Source of the DNA: an uncultured bacterium
GTDB taxonomy: Bacteria > Abyssobacteria > SURF-5
Direction of reading: 5' to 3'
NCBI GenBank assembly: GCA_964607485.1
Contig: CAZSKP010000010.1
Location: forward strand, 1-64,000
DNA length: 64,000 nucleotides
The position numbers and the translations under genes are program-made. A model generated the notes under the pieces. The model searched no databases and was not told the DNA's origin. It saw nothing but the letters and a program-made list of their open reading frames with translations. Below, piece after piece: positions 10,033 to 20,047 of the stretch; position 1 is the stretch's first letter; each line of letters opens with the position of its first letter.

Positions 10033-10944
10033 TTACGCGGTGCGACGGCGACGTATCAACATGACCGCGAAAATCACGATGATGAGGACAACCAATCCCA
10101 CGCCGGCGAGGATCGTCTGTGTGGGAGATAGACCCAGACGCCCTCCGATCATCCCAATCCGCAGGATGCGGAATCTTCCTTCGTACTGCTTCCATTGCGC
10201 GAGAAAATCTTCTGAGATGGCGGTGGGCGTGGCCGGCGGCTCGTTCTCGACCACGTCGGTCATGGTATTTTCACCGACCTTTATGGGGGTTATCAGCATA
10301 CCGCGTGTGCGCACATCGACGGTTCCCTTGACGACGGCCACCCTGGTCACGTCGTCGGACGCCACCTGGATTGCAAAAACCGTCCCGCGAACGCCTGTGA
10401 CCGCCTGGGGAGTTTCGACGTAGAAGTTGGACCGCTTGTTCCTCAGCTTCCCGACATCGTTCCAGAGCTGTCCGTTGTCCAGATTGACTTTCATGTTGAT
10501 GCCGGTCTTCCGCGACTTCTGCAATTTTTCCAGGTTTACCTCGCTCTGCTGCTCGACCGCCATGATGAGCTGATCGGCGAACGTCGCGATGGCCTTCGAA
10601 TCGGGTCCGCTGCGAACCGAATCGCCTTCATCGAGCGTCATTCCCTCCTCTGCAGGTTTCCACTCCGTTTCACCCTTCGGGAGCACCTCTACCGTGCCCG
10701 TCATCTCGACGATCCGACCGCGTGCGACATCGAGCCTCACCTTGTTTATCGACTTGATGTCTTCCTTGCTGAAGAAACCCGTTCCGCCTTCCATTTCGAC
10801 CGCAACGAGCTCATCGGTTTCCTCGACGATATTTCCCTCGATGACTCTCCCGCTTTTAAGCACGATCGTGTCCGCCACTGTCGCCCCGGAAAAGAAGATA
10901 AGAATGAGTGCAGTGAGTAAGGCGGCGTGAATTGTTCTCATCAT
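10033..10944 (-). CDS. FecR-domain exported protein with C-terminal membrane anchor
   Basis: Signal peptide; GDSVRSG and VETPQAVTGVRGTVF FecR motif; C-terminal TM followed by RRRR. Confidence 0.8.
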   Translation of the reverse strand: MMRTIHAALLTALILIFFSGATVADTIVLKSGRVIEGNIVEETDELVAVEMEGGTGFFSKEDIKSINKVRLDVARGRIVEMTGTVEVLPKGETEWKPAEEGMTLDEGDSVRSGPDSKAIATFADQLIMAVEQQSEVNLEKLQKSRKTGINMKVNLDNGQLWNDVGKLRNKRSNFYVETPQAVTGVRGTVFAIQVASDDVTRVAVVKGTVDVRTRGMLITPIKVGENTMTDVVENEPPATPTAISEDFLAQWKQYEGRFRILRIGMIGGRLGLSPTQTILAGVGLVVLIIVIFAVMLIRRRRTA

Positions 10945-11263
10945 GTCCCTTTTCCCCTTCCTTGTTGAAAAGGCCGTCGCAACAAAGTTCCCCCCTCCAC
11001 CGTGACCGGAAGGAAATGTGCAGTATAACCTCCGGCATTTCCTTCGGCCAAGGGGAAATTGCTTTCAAAATCTAGCACACTCGTCTCGGCAGTGTCAACT
11101 CCCGACCCTCTTTCTCCGGCCGACATCACACGCATTTTCAATAACAAATTTCACCAAATGCACAGCCGGGACTTTGTGTGTTATGAATGCGTATGCTATA
11201 ATACTAAAACATGAGGAGGAACATCATTTTGCCAGGATGGGTGGGCCTCGAATAGGGAACGAT

Positions 11264-13222
11264 ATGTCCAACTCAGAGGATTCCAAGCGTCCCGAAAAAA
11301 GAGGCAAGAAGGAAGACGCTGTTTCCCTCGAATCAAATCCTCCCTCGGATGAATCGCCGGAGGCTTCGGAGAAGCTGAACACGCCTCCGGAAGGCGAATC
11401 TCCCCCTGCAGCCGAACCTGCCAAAGAAGCCCCGCCGGACGATAGACAGGTTGCCGAGCTCAAACCCGGCGACAAGATTGGCGTTTACCGTGTCGAGAAG
11501 ATGATCGGCCGGGGCGGGATGGCCACCGTTTACAGGGTTCTCGACGTGCCCAAACAGCGGGTGGTCGCCCTGAAGGTGCTCAAGAAGAGGTTCTCCTCCA
11601 GCCTGAAGGCCCTCGCGCGTTTCGACAGGGAATTCTTGGCGCTCGAATCGCTCGATCATCCCAACATAGTGCGCGTGCTCGACAAGGGAGTCGAGGGCGG
11701 GATCAACTACTTCGTGATGGAGTACGTTGACGGCGCCAGCCTGTCGCGCCTGCTGCGATACAGGAAGCTGACGCTGAACACCAAGGCGCAGATACTGCTT
11801 CAAGCCGCCGCCGCGCTCGACTATGCGCATCGAAGAGGGATAGTGCACAGGGATGTGAAGCCCGACAACATCCTCATAGATCGAACGGGACGAGCCAGGA
11901 TCGCCGACTTCGGCATCGCTCAGATAACGAGGTCGCGGCTGCCGCTGACCTCGATAACGGTTGTCAGCAGTTTCATGGGCACGGCGGATTACATGGCGCC
12001 CGAACAGCGGGTGGATGCGAAGTCGGTGGACCACAGGGCCGACATCTTCTCCTTCGGCGTGATGCTGTACGAAGTGTTCACCGGCCGGCTCCCGCTGGGA
12101 AATTTCGCGCTCCCGAGCCAGGTGAATCCGGAGCTGAGCAAGCGGATGGACGGCATCATCCTGCGGGCGCTGCGGCAGGACCCCGCGGAGAGGTATCAGT
12201 CGATGGCGGAGCTGGCCGACGACCTCAAACGGGAGATACAGACGTCCGGCCTAAGCAAGCTCAAGGCCCGCTTGTCGCTGATACTCCAGACGGAGAGCTG
12301 GAGAAGATTCTTGAGCATACGGGTCGTCGGCGCGGTTTCTTTGTTCGGGATAATCGTCGGCGGCCTGCTGTGGCTGTTCTCGGCTCTGGGCGGGCCTTCG
12401 ACCACAACACAGGGACTCGTGACGGAAGGGCCGGGGGCCGCGCCCGACAGCTCACCTCCGCTCGCGCGCCCGACCGACCCATCGGCGGCAAAGCAGCCAC
12501 CCAACACGCCGAAAAACATGGTCTTCATTCCGGCAGGCACGTTCACCATGGGAAGCGAGTCCGAGTTCAGCAATGAACGCCCCAGCCGCAAGGTCGACAT
12601 GGACGCCTATTACATAGATATGTATGAGGTGACCAATGCCGAGTACAAGGAGTTCGTGGACGCAACGGGCCATCCTGTGCCGTACAAGAATGCGTTTTGG
12701 GCGGAGGCGTTCAACTGGCGCAACGGCACATATCCTCCCGACAAGGGCGACCATCCCGTCGTGCTCGTGAGCTGGAAGGATGCGGCCGCTTATGCCAAGT
12801 GGGCCGGCAAGCGGCTGCCGACGGAGGCGGAATGGGAAAAAGCCGCGCGGGGCACCGACGCCCGCATCTGGCCATGGGGAAATGAGTGGGACATTAACAG
12901 GTGCAATGCGAAAGAGAGCTTCGTAAATTCGACCCAGCCGGTGTACCTGCACACCAAAGGAAAAAGCCCGTACGGGTGCTACAACATGGCGGGCAACGCG
13001 ATGGAATGGACCGCCGATTGGTATTCGGAGAATTATTATGCCCATGCCCCTTCGAAGGATCCCCCCGGCCCCGTGACCGGTACCTTTAAGGTGGCGCGGG
13101 GCGGCGCATGGGACAGCAACATCAACCTGTACACGCGAACCGGCTACCGGCACTACTTCCCCCCGGATGAAAAGAGCCCGGCCATCGGCTTCCGCTGCGC
13201 GAAGGATGTCAAGTCGCCCTGA
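11264..13222 (+). CDS. membrane Ser/Thr protein kinase with C-terminal FGE-sulfatase (SUMF1) domain
   Basis: GRGGMATV, VALK, HRDVKPDN, DFG and APE motifs; one TM; FTMGS...RLPTEAEWEKAARG...GFRC. Confidence 0.92.
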   Translation: MSNSEDSKRPEKRGKKEDAVSLESNPPSDESPEASEKLNTPPEGESPPAAEPAKEAPPDDRQVAELKPGDKIGVYRVEKMIGRGGMATVYRVLDVPKQRVVALKVLKKRFSSSLKALARFDREFLALESLDHPNIVRVLDKGVEGGINYFVMEYVDGASLSRLLRYRKLTLNTKAQILLQAAAALDYAHRRGIVHRDVKPDNILIDRTGRARIADFGIAQITRSRLPLTSITVVSSFMGTADYMAPEQRVDAKSVDHRADIFSFGVMLYEVFTGRLPLGNFALPSQVNPELSKRMDGIILRALRQDPAERYQSMAELADDLKREIQTSGLSKLKARLSLILQTESWRRFLSIRVVGAVSLFGIIVGGLLWLFSALGGPSTTTQGLVTEGPGAAPDSSPPLARPTDPSAAKQPPNTPKNMVFIPAGTFTMGSESEFSNERPSRKVDMDAYYIDMYEVTNAEYKEFVDATGHPVPYKNAFWAEAFNWRNGTYPPDKGDHPVVLVSWKDAAAYAKWAGKRLPTEAEWEKAARGTDARIWPWGNEWDINRCNAKESFVNSTQPVYLHTKGKSPYGCYNMAGNAMEWTADWYSENYYAHAPSKDPPGPVTGTFKVARGGAWDSNINLYTRTGYRHYFPPDEKSPAIGFRCAKDVKSP

Positions 13223-13270
13223 GCGTCCGGAATTCCACATCTCACCTTCCGTCCGCACTCCACACGACCG

Positions 13271-13299
13271 TTGACACTGGGACCCGTTTCCTGTAGCAT
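13271..13299 (+). promoter_or_regulatory. sigma70-type promoter
   Basis: TTGACA-17-TAGCAT upstream of the MFS gene. Confidence 0.55.
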
Positions 13300-13369
13300 G
13301 ACTCCCGCCGCCGAACCACGGCGCCCCACAGTGGGAGGCTCGCGGCGTCGCACGAGCAGAGGTTCTCAG

Positions 13370-14650
13370 ATGATAAGAGGAATATATTACGGCTGGTGGA
13401 TCGTGGTGGCGGCCTTCTGCACCCTTTTCGTCTGCGCCGGTATTGGTTTCTTCTCGTTCCCTGTCTTTCTGAAATTCATCGAGACCGACATGGGATGGGA
13501 CCGCGACACTCTCTCGAAGGCGGTGGCCATCTCCGCCCTGGCGGCCGGTTTCTCAACCCCTGCCGTTGGTTACGTTGTCGATCGCTATGGGCCCAGAGCG
13601 GTGATGCTGCTCGGCGCTGCGGTCCTTTCCGCGAGCTTCGTGCTGCTCGGTCAGATCACTACCATCTATCAGCTCTACGTACTGTTCCTGGGTATAGGAA
13701 TAGGAATGGCGGCAACGACCATCATTCCCTGCCAGACACTCGTTTCAAGGTGGTTCGAGAGAAGGAGAGGAAGGGCGATGGGCATTGTCACCGTCGCCAA
13801 CGGTCTTGGCGGCATAGTGTGGATGCCTGTATCAAACAGCCTTATCGAGGCAAAGGGGTGGCGCAGTGCGTATGAGATTCTGGGGATTATCATTGCCGCG
13901 GTTTCGCTGCCTCTCATCTGGTTCATAATTCGTAGTTCGCCGAGGTCGATGGGGTTAGCACTGGACGGGGAGCAAGGTCCCTCTCCGGAAGCGACGACCC
14001 ACATCCTCTCAGAGGGGGAAGCGGGCTACTCGGTCCGCGAGGCGTTGAGAACGGCCAGCTTCTGGCTGATCTTCTCCGCGACGTTCTTTGGTATTTTCTC
14101 CATCGGGGGATTCGGCACGCATGTTGTCGCCTTCCTGTCCGATTCTGGTCTTTCCTCCTCGTTCGCCGCCGCGGTGTGGAGCGTCACGCTCGGGGTCAGC
14201 ATCGGCGGGCGCTTCTTGTTCGGATTCCTCTCGGAAAAATTCGAGAAGAGATACTTCGCATTCGCCGCAAACGTTGCGCGAACGCTTAGTCTGTTGCTGC
14301 TCATGCTGTTCGCGCTTCAGATGGCGCCCCGGGTTGCCGCAGTCGTTCAGCTTGTGGTAGTGTACGGGCTTGCCCTGGGATGCAGCGCCGTCATTAATCC
14401 GCTTCTCGTGAGTGAGACGTTCGGGGTTAAAGCGTTTGGAAAGCTGATGGGACTGCTTGGCATCGCTTACACGATCGGGATGGCGCTTGGCCCGTGGCTG
14501 GGCGGCCATCTTTTCGTCTCACAGAGCAACTATATCATTGCGTTCGGCGTGTACGCGGCGGCGTTTCTCGTTGCGGGTGTGGCGATCGCTTTTGCCAAGC
14601 CCTGCTTTCTGCTCGATCATATGTCCGGCAGGAAGGAAGGAAAACGTTGA
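13370..14650 (+). CDS. MFS transporter (OFA/MCT-like)
   Basis: YYGWWIV start, GYVVDRYGPR motif A, WFERRRGRAMG, about 12 TM. Confidence 0.9.
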   Translation: MIRGIYYGWWIVVAAFCTLFVCAGIGFFSFPVFLKFIETDMGWDRDTLSKAVAISALAAGFSTPAVGYVVDRYGPRAVMLLGAAVLSASFVLLGQITTIYQLYVLFLGIGIGMAATTIIPCQTLVSRWFERRRGRAMGIVTVANGLGGIVWMPVSNSLIEAKGWRSAYEILGIIIAAVSLPLIWFIIRSSPRSMGLALDGEQGPSPEATTHILSEGEAGYSVREALRTASFWLIFSATFFGIFSIGGFGTHVVAFLSDSGLSSSFAAAVWSVTLGVSIGGRFLFGFLSEKFEKRYFAFAANVARTLSLLLLMLFALQMAPRVAAVVQLVVVYGLALGCSAVINPLLVSETFGVKAFGKLMGLLGIAYTIGMALGPWLGGHLFVSQSNYIIAFGVYAAAFLVAGVAIAFAKPCFLLDHMSGRKEGKR

Positions 14651-14693
14651 GAGCTGTCGCCCGTTCTTCTCACCGCAGGCGCGAAGGCTGCGC

Positions 14694-15422
14694 TCACGCT
14701 TTCTCATACTCTCGCTGAATCACCTGCACATCTTCCCACACGTCCCTCTTGTAGGCGGGGTTTCTCAGCAACGCGGCGGGATGGTAGGTCGGCATGAGCA
14801 GTGCGCCTCCGAATTTGTGGAAGCGTCCTCGCAGGCGGTTCATGGGTGATTTGGTCCTGAGAAGCGTCTGAGCCGCCACATTGCCCAGCGCGCAGATGAT
14901 CGGCGGGTTTATCGCTTCGAGCTGTTTCATCAGGAAGGGAATGCAGCACTCGATTTCCTGCGAGGTCGGGGTCCTGTTTCCCGGCGGGCGGCACTTGAGT
15001 ATATTGCAGATGTACACCTCGCTCCTTTTCAGCTTTATCGCCTCGATTATCCGTGTGAGCAGTTGGCCCGCGCGGCCGACGAAGGGCAGCCCCTGCGCGT
15101 CCTCGTCCGCACCCGGCGCTTCCCCCACGAAGACGAGCTTGGCGTAGGGGTTGCCCTCGCCGAACACGACGTTGGTGCGCGTTGCGGACAGGCCGCACTT
15201 CGTGCAGCCGTCGGCGAGACCGCCAATCTCATCGAGCAGCACGGCCGCGTCCTTCTTTTTAACGGCGAGGCTCGCCCTCTCGACGGCGGCTTCCAGCGCG
15301 CCCCACGTTTCGCGGGCCATTGTGACGTGCTGGAGCCCTCGCCTCTTTTCCTGCTCGAGGAATTCCTTCGCCAGTTCGATCACTTCCAACAGCTCGGCGC
15401 CGGCCAGTTCGTCGTGTTTCAT
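14694..15422 (-). CDS. uracil-DNA glycosylase, family 4 (Fe-S)
   Basis: [29 protein letters not shown] and TYHPAALLR motifs. Confidence 0.95.
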   Translation of the reverse strand: MKHDELAGAELLEVIELAKEFLEQEKRRGLQHVTMARETWGALEAAVERASLAVKKKDAAVLLDEIGGLADGCTKCGLSATRTNVVFGEGNPYAKLVFVGEAPGADEDAQGLPFVGRAGQLLTRIIEAIKLKRSEVYICNILKCRPPGNRTPTSQEIECCIPFLMKQLEAINPPIICALGNVAAQTLLRTKSPMNRLRGRFHKFGGALLMPTYHPAALLRNPAYKRDVWEDVQVIQREYEKA

Positions 15423-16465
15423 CGCGCAGACTCCTCCTCCGATATAGCTTCCAGGAACCCGCTGGCAAAACAGTCCTCGATGAGCCCACGGAGCTCGCGC
15501 TCCGATGACGCGCACAGATGCGTGCCCTCGGCGGTGTGACCGCCCTTTATCTCGATAATCAGGAAAATCTTGTCGCCGCTCTGCGGAGCGTACCTGGCCA
15601 TCGCCGCCAGCACGTCGGCCCAGGGAGTGTCACCCATCCCCACGGGAAGCCCCTCGAAATCGCGGCTCGTGCCGGGTGCCTTCGTGTCGGACACGTGAAA
15701 ATACAGGGGATGAAGGATTTCCAGCGCACGCTCGAAATCCAACGTGCGCCCGCAGGCTCTTCCGTCGCTGCATTCCAGCTCGAGGTAAGGAAACGGTGGC
15801 CTTTCCCCGGGCGGAAGGTCATAGTAAAACTTTGTCATGAAGAAGTGCGAGAGGTCCATGCACGTGCGTGTGTGAAGCTCCGAGGCCCGCGGAGACATGT
15901 CCTCGGCGAACACGTCCACGACGCTCATCCTGTCGCCGTCCCCGATGGGAGGATTGTTCTCGTTCGCAAGCGTCACCGACACGTCGAGAACGTCGATGAG
16001 GCTCCGGGCGGCTTGCGTCTGGCTATGGGCGTGCGCGAGAAGGGCCTTGCGCAGCGCGGGCAGTTTCCCGTCTTTCTTCAGCCGCTCCAGCATGTGGCGG
16101 GGAAGTTCGTAGAGATTGTGAAAATTCAGCGCGCACCGCTCGGGCGGCAGGCCTACGGCGGAGCGGAAGTCGTCCAGTCCACGCGCAATCTCGGAAAAGG
16201 GAAAAAAATATTGGTCGTCCACGAGGCTATACTTCGAGTATCCGCCGGCGCTCTCGCCCCACGGGAAATGACATGATACGAACTCAAGACGTTTGACGGC
16301 GGAATGCCGCGCGATCTGCTCGAATGTCTTCCGCAGCTTAAGCAGCCCCTGTCCCTCGCAGTATCTCGGGGGGATAAATATTTCCAGACAGCGGGGGGCG
16401 AAACGCTCGAGACGCTCGCGCCAGTTTGCCGGGTCCACATTGTGGCCTATTATGAATCGTTCCAT
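15419..16465 (-). CDS. xylose isomerase-like / AP endonuclease 2 TIM-barrel protein
   Basis: ENNPP, CMDLSH, FHVSD, GMGDTPW and IIEIKG metal-ligand pattern; stop overlaps the UDG start. Confidence 0.65.
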   Translation of the reverse strand: MERFIIGHNVDPANWRERLERFAPRCLEIFIPPRYCEGQGLLKLRKTFEQIARHSAVKRLEFVSCHFPWGESAGGYSKYSLVDDQYFFPFSEIARGLDDFRSAVGLPPERCALNFHNLYELPRHMLERLKKDGKLPALRKALLAHAHSQTQAARSLIDVLDVSVTLANENNPPIGDGDRMSVVDVFAEDMSPRASELHTRTCMDLSHFFMTKFYYDLPPGERPPFPYLELECSDGRACGRTLDFERALEILHPLYFHVSDTKAPGTSRDFEGLPVGMGDTPWADVLAAMARYAPQSGDKIFLIIEIKGGHTAEGTHLCASSERELRGLIEDCFASGFLEAISEEESAR

Positions 16466-16545
16466 CGGCGAGGTCTCTATGGTTCACACACAGCGCGGGT
16501 TGTTACAGGCCGGCAAGGCGGACGCGGCCGGCGTGGACATGCGCG

Positions 16546-16935
16546 TCAGGATTTCTTCTTGCGCGGCTTCTTCGGGACGGCTTTGCGCGCCCTGGGCTTG
16601 AAACTTCTTCGGGGCGCGTCGCCCCAGAGTGATTCGAGGTCGTAATACTCGCGGACTTGCTCCAGAAACACGTGCACGATCACGTCGCCGTAGTCGGCGA
16701 GCACCCAGGTGCCCTCGGCCATACCCTCGACGTGGTTCGCCGACACGCCTGCTTCCTTTAGCTGGAGCAAGACGGCCTCTGCTATGGCTTTCACGCCGAT
16801 TACTGATTCGCTGCCGCATATGACGAAAAAATCGGTCACGCTGGAGAGCTTGCGCAGGTCCAGCAGCAGGACCTCCCGACCCTTCTTGCCGTCGGCGACC
16901 TGGGCCGCCTTTTTCGCCAGTGTTAACGGTGTGAT
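16546..16935 (-). CDS. rsfS: ribosome silencing factor
   Basis: KKGREVLLLDL...TDFFVIC...WVLADYGDVIVHVF...REYYDLESLWGDA. Start inferred at ATC 7 nt after GAGGGGAG. Confidence 0.9.
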   Translation of the reverse strand: MTPLTLAKKAAQVADGKKGREVLLLDLRKLSSVTDFFVICGSESVIGVKAIAEAVLLQLKEAGVSANHVEGMAEGTWVLADYGDVIVHVFLEQVREYYDLESLWGDAPRRSFKPRARKAVPKKPRKKKS

Positions 16936-16983
16936 AGGAACGCTCCCCTCGTTGCTCGAGAATGCGGCGAGCCGGCTCGCGCG

Positions 16984-18417
16984 TCAGCCGCCCTTCAATC
17001 GTTTGCGCAAAACCTTGCTGAGCGCCTTCGGGTTCGCCTTGCCTTTGGTCGCCCTCATGGCCTGGCCCATGAGGAACCCGAACGTCTTCTCGTTGCCCCC
17101 AAGGAAATCGGCCACGGGGCCGGGGTTGTCGGCTATCACCTTGTCCGCAAGCGCGACCAGTTCCGCCTCGTCGCTGACCTGAACCAGCCCCTTCGACTTG
17201 ACGATGGCTCCGGGCTTCTCGCCGGTCTTGAACACCTCGGCGAACACGTCCTTTGCGATCTTGCCGCTTATCGTGCCGTCGTCAATAAGGTTGAGCAGTT
17301 CCACGAGCCCCTCGGGCGTTATCTTGCACTGCTGTATCTCAATCCCTTCCTGGTTGAGGTAGCGCTGAAGCTCGCCCATCATCCAGTTGCTGACCTTCTT
17401 GGCGTCGGAATATTGCCGCGCCGCCTTCTCGAAGAAATCGGCGGAATGCTTCGAGGCGGTCAGCACTCCGGCGTCGTATTCGGGGATTCCGTATTCTTCC
17501 TGCAACCGTTGCTTGCGCTGCGCTGGAAGCTCGGGCAGTCGCGCGCGAATCTCGTCTATCCAGGCGTCGTCGATAATCAGCGGAATCAGGTCGGGCTCGG
17601 GGAAATAGCGGTAGTCGTGCGCCTCTTCCTTGCTGCGCATCGAGCGCGTGACGCCCCGGTCGGCGTCCCACAGCCGGGTCTCCTGGACCACCACGCCGCC
17701 CTCCGCGAGGAACTTCTTCTGGCGGGCGGCCTCGTATTCGAGCGCCTTCTGGACGGCCTTGAACGAGTTCATGTTCTTCACTTCGGTCTTGACACCAAGC
17801 TCGGTCGCTCCTTTGGGCCTTACGGAAATGTTGGCGTCGCACCTGAGCGAGCCCTCCTCCATGTTGCAGTCGCTCACCTCGAGGTATTCGAGGACGCCCT
17901 TCAGCGTCAGCGCGGTGGAATAGGCCTCCTCGGGGCTTCGTATGTCGGGCTCGGTCACAATCTCCATCAGCGGCACGCCCGTGCGGTTGAAATCGACGTA
18001 GCTGACATGCCCGTCCTCGGGATGCACGAGCTTGCCTGCGTCTTCCTCCATGTGAACGCGCGTGATGCCGATGCGCTTCGTCGAGCCGTTGACGGGGATT
18101 TCCATGAAGCCGTTCCGGGCGAGCGGGTCTTCATACTGGGAAATCTGGTAATTCTTGGGCAGGTCGGGATAATAGTAGTTCTTCCTGGCGAATTTGCACT
18201 GCCTCGATATCTCGCAGTTGAGCGCCAGGCCCGTCATTATCGCGTCTTCGACGACCTTCCTGTTCAGGACGGGGAGCACGCCGGGCAGACCCATGCACAC
18301 AGGGCACACCTGAGAGTTGGGTTCCGCTCCGAACTTTGTGCTGCACTCACAGAATATCTTCGATTGGGTGGAGAGTTGGGTGTGAAATTCGAGTCCGATT
18401 ACGATTTCATATTCCAT
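16984..18417 (-). CDS. gatB: Asp/Glu-tRNA(Asn/Gln) amidotransferase subunit B
   Basis: [34 protein letters not shown] and [10 protein letters not shown] motifs. Confidence 0.98.
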   Translation of the reverse strand: MEYEIVIGLEFHTQLSTQSKIFCECSTKFGAEPNSQVCPVCMGLPGVLPVLNRKVVEDAIMTGLALNCEISRQCKFARKNYYYPDLPKNYQISQYEDPLARNGFMEIPVNGSTKRIGITRVHMEEDAGKLVHPEDGHVSYVDFNRTGVPLMEIVTEPDIRSPEEAYSTALTLKGVLEYLEVSDCNMEEGSLRCDANISVRPKGATELGVKTEVKNMNSFKAVQKALEYEAARQKKFLAEGGVVVQETRLWDADRGVTRSMRSKEEAHDYRYFPEPDLIPLIIDDAWIDEIRARLPELPAQRKQRLQEEYGIPEYDAGVLTASKHSADFFEKAARQYSDAKKVSNWMMGELQRYLNQEGIEIQQCKITPEGLVELLNLIDDGTISGKIAKDVFAEVFKTGEKPGAIVKSKGLVQVSDEAELVALADKVIADNPGPVADFLGGNEKTFGFLMGQAMRATKGKANPKALSKVLRKRLKGG

Positions 18418-18487
18418 CTATGCAGATTCACGCTCCGTCTTCTGAAAGCAGCCGTCGGGGCGGGATTGTCCTTTTCCTCACGCAGGT

Positions 18488-18516
18488 AGTATAACACATG
18501 TCCACCCGTTTGCCAA
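18488..18516 (-). promoter_or_regulatory. sigma70 promoter of the gatB operon
   Basis: TTGGCA-17-TATACT with extended -10 TG. Confidence 0.7.
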
Positions 18517-18610
18517 CAGGATTTCGGCGGCCGAACCACCCGCCCGTCGGAGCGCAGATTTGCGCGGTAAAAACGGGCAAAATATCGAACCACAGACGAT
18601 TTTTTACCGC

Positions 18611-18631
18611 AAAAGCAGCGGGTCGCCGCTG
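18611..18631 (-). terminator. putative intrinsic terminator after the exonuclease gene
   Basis: CAGCGG-cgac-CCGCTG hairpin followed by CTTTT on the minus strand. Confidence 0.45.
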
Positions 18632-18639
18632 ACATTGAG

Positions 18640-18669
18640 AACCACGAATTACACGAATTCACACGAGTT
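18640..18669 (+). repeat. left repeat arm (AACCACGAATTACACGAATTCACACGAGTT)
   Basis: Three ~10-nt units; imperfect reverse complement of 20531-20561. Confidence 0.8.
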
Positions 18670-18684
18670 TCTTCATGCGTTTCG

Positions 18685-19560
18685 TTAAGCGATTGTCTGC
18701 GCATTCTTGACCAACTCTTTAAAATCGCTCTCTTTGATAATGCGAATCTTTTGACCTCTTGAAATTAGGAGTTCGGCCTTGAGATGTTTTGAACTTTTTT
18801 CTTTGCCAGCTAATTTGGATATGTCTTGATCGCCAACAACTAATATGCTGGTCTTCTTAGTTACGCCTGAAGAAACCGAACAGCCAATCCTTGCGGCTAG
18901 GTCTGCCGCTTCTGTGCGTGGGATTTCTAATGCTCCTGTAAATACCAAAACCTCACCATACAACTCGCCTTCAGAATTTCCATCTCTATTCATCGCCGAA
19001 CCAACAGACGATTTTGAAGGATCAATAGGTTGCCTTACACGTCTCAACCAGGCTTCAATATCCAAGCCTGACTTTTCGATGGCAGCGAGTAGTACTTGGC
19101 CAGACGCTTTAGCATCTTCGAGTGCATCGTGATGTCTGAATTTGTAGCCGATCATTTCACATACACTGGCAAGCCCATAGCCTCTCCAGGCACAGTCTTC
19201 CCACGTTCGTCGGGCTACTCTTGCAGAATCAAGCCAGACTACTTCTATTTCTTTAAGATTGTATTTTGCGAATGCCCTTCCGACTGAAACGCGATCAAAA
19301 TGAGTATGGCAGACACAAATTGTATTCTCTAGGAAATGAGCTAAGATTTCGATTACTTGAGGAAAAGTCGGAGAACCCTTGACGGCTTCTTCCGTTATGC
19401 CGTGGATATCAACGTTAATGCAATCAAAGTAATCCTCGGGGTCGATTAGTGACGACCATTCTTCTACTAAACGCCCTTCAGAATATTTTGCAATTCCGAT
19501 CTGACAAATTGACGCCATATCAGCGTTTGCTGTTTCGACATCAAGTGCAACAAAATTCAA
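18685..19560 (-). CDS. DEDDh 3'-5' exonuclease (Pol III epsilon-like) with C-terminal BRCT domain
   Basis: FVALDVETAN, HDALEDA, then VFTGAL...GVTKKTSILVVG (BRCT). TTG start after GGAGG. AT-rich. Confidence 0.9.
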   Translation of the reverse strand: MNFVALDVETANADMASICQIGIAKYSEGRLVEEWSSLIDPEDYFDCINVDIHGITEEAVKGSPTFPQVIEILAHFLENTICVCHTHFDRVSVGRAFAKYNLKEIEVVWLDSARVARRTWEDCAWRGYGLASVCEMIGYKFRHHDALEDAKASGQVLLAAIEKSGLDIEAWLRRVRQPIDPSKSSVGSAMNRDGNSEGELYGEVLVFTGALEIPRTEAADLAARIGCSVSSGVTKKTSILVVGDQDISKLAGKEKSSKHLKAELLISRGQKIRIIKESDFKELVKNAQTIA

Positions 19561-19578
19561 CCCGTTGTTCCTCCAGAA

Positions 19579-19950
19579 TCACGGTTTAGCGTATTTCGTC
19601 GCGTCACCAGTATATATGACTTTCATTCCAGTCTTGGAGCAGACCATTTCAATTTCTTTAGACAGGTCTATGTCCAAATCATCACCTCTTAGACCTTGCC
19701 ATTGAGCCAGGTAATTAAGAGAACCGTATTTTTCTTTCTTTTTGATCTTTTTCTCTACTCCGCCTTTCCAGCCTAATACAGGCAACTCACCATTTCGCGC
19801 CCGCTCTGCCAATTCAGGGTCTTCAATGCTTTTTGTTCGTCCAACTTCCCAGCATGTTATTAAACCCTTGTCTGGTCCTCTCCATCGCTCATCGAACGAA
19901 GGATCCTCTCTTATGGGCTCTCGACGAGATCGATAAATGCGGTTACTCAT
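19579..19950 (-). CDS. hypothetical protein
   Basis: GGAGG RBS, AT-rich, 18 nt upstream of the exonuclease gene. Confidence 0.75.
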   Translation of the reverse strand: MSNRIYRSRREPIREDPSFDERWRGPDKGLITCWEVGRTKSIEDPELAERARNGELPVLGWKGGVEKKIKKKEKYGSLNYLAQWQGLRGDDLDIDLSKEIEMVCSKTGMKVIYTGDATKYAKP

Positions 19951-20047
19951 TGATTCCTCCGTTTTGTCAGATCCTTGGACATTCGCGGCACATATTACTA
20001 GCTTCTTGAATCACTTGGAAAATATGGTATCATTCCCTATTCTTGGG

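Noticed and set aside
11264-13222. Kinase-FGE fusion as a novelty
   Set aside because: This is a known, widespread architecture.
16936-16986. GatB-RsfS fusion by read-through of the single in-frame TGA
   Set aside because: rsfS has its own strong SD and GatB is complete; the shared frame has a one-in-three chance.
18670-19980. Integron cassette array
   Set aside because: No attC structure between the genes (18-nt gap) and no intI in the window.
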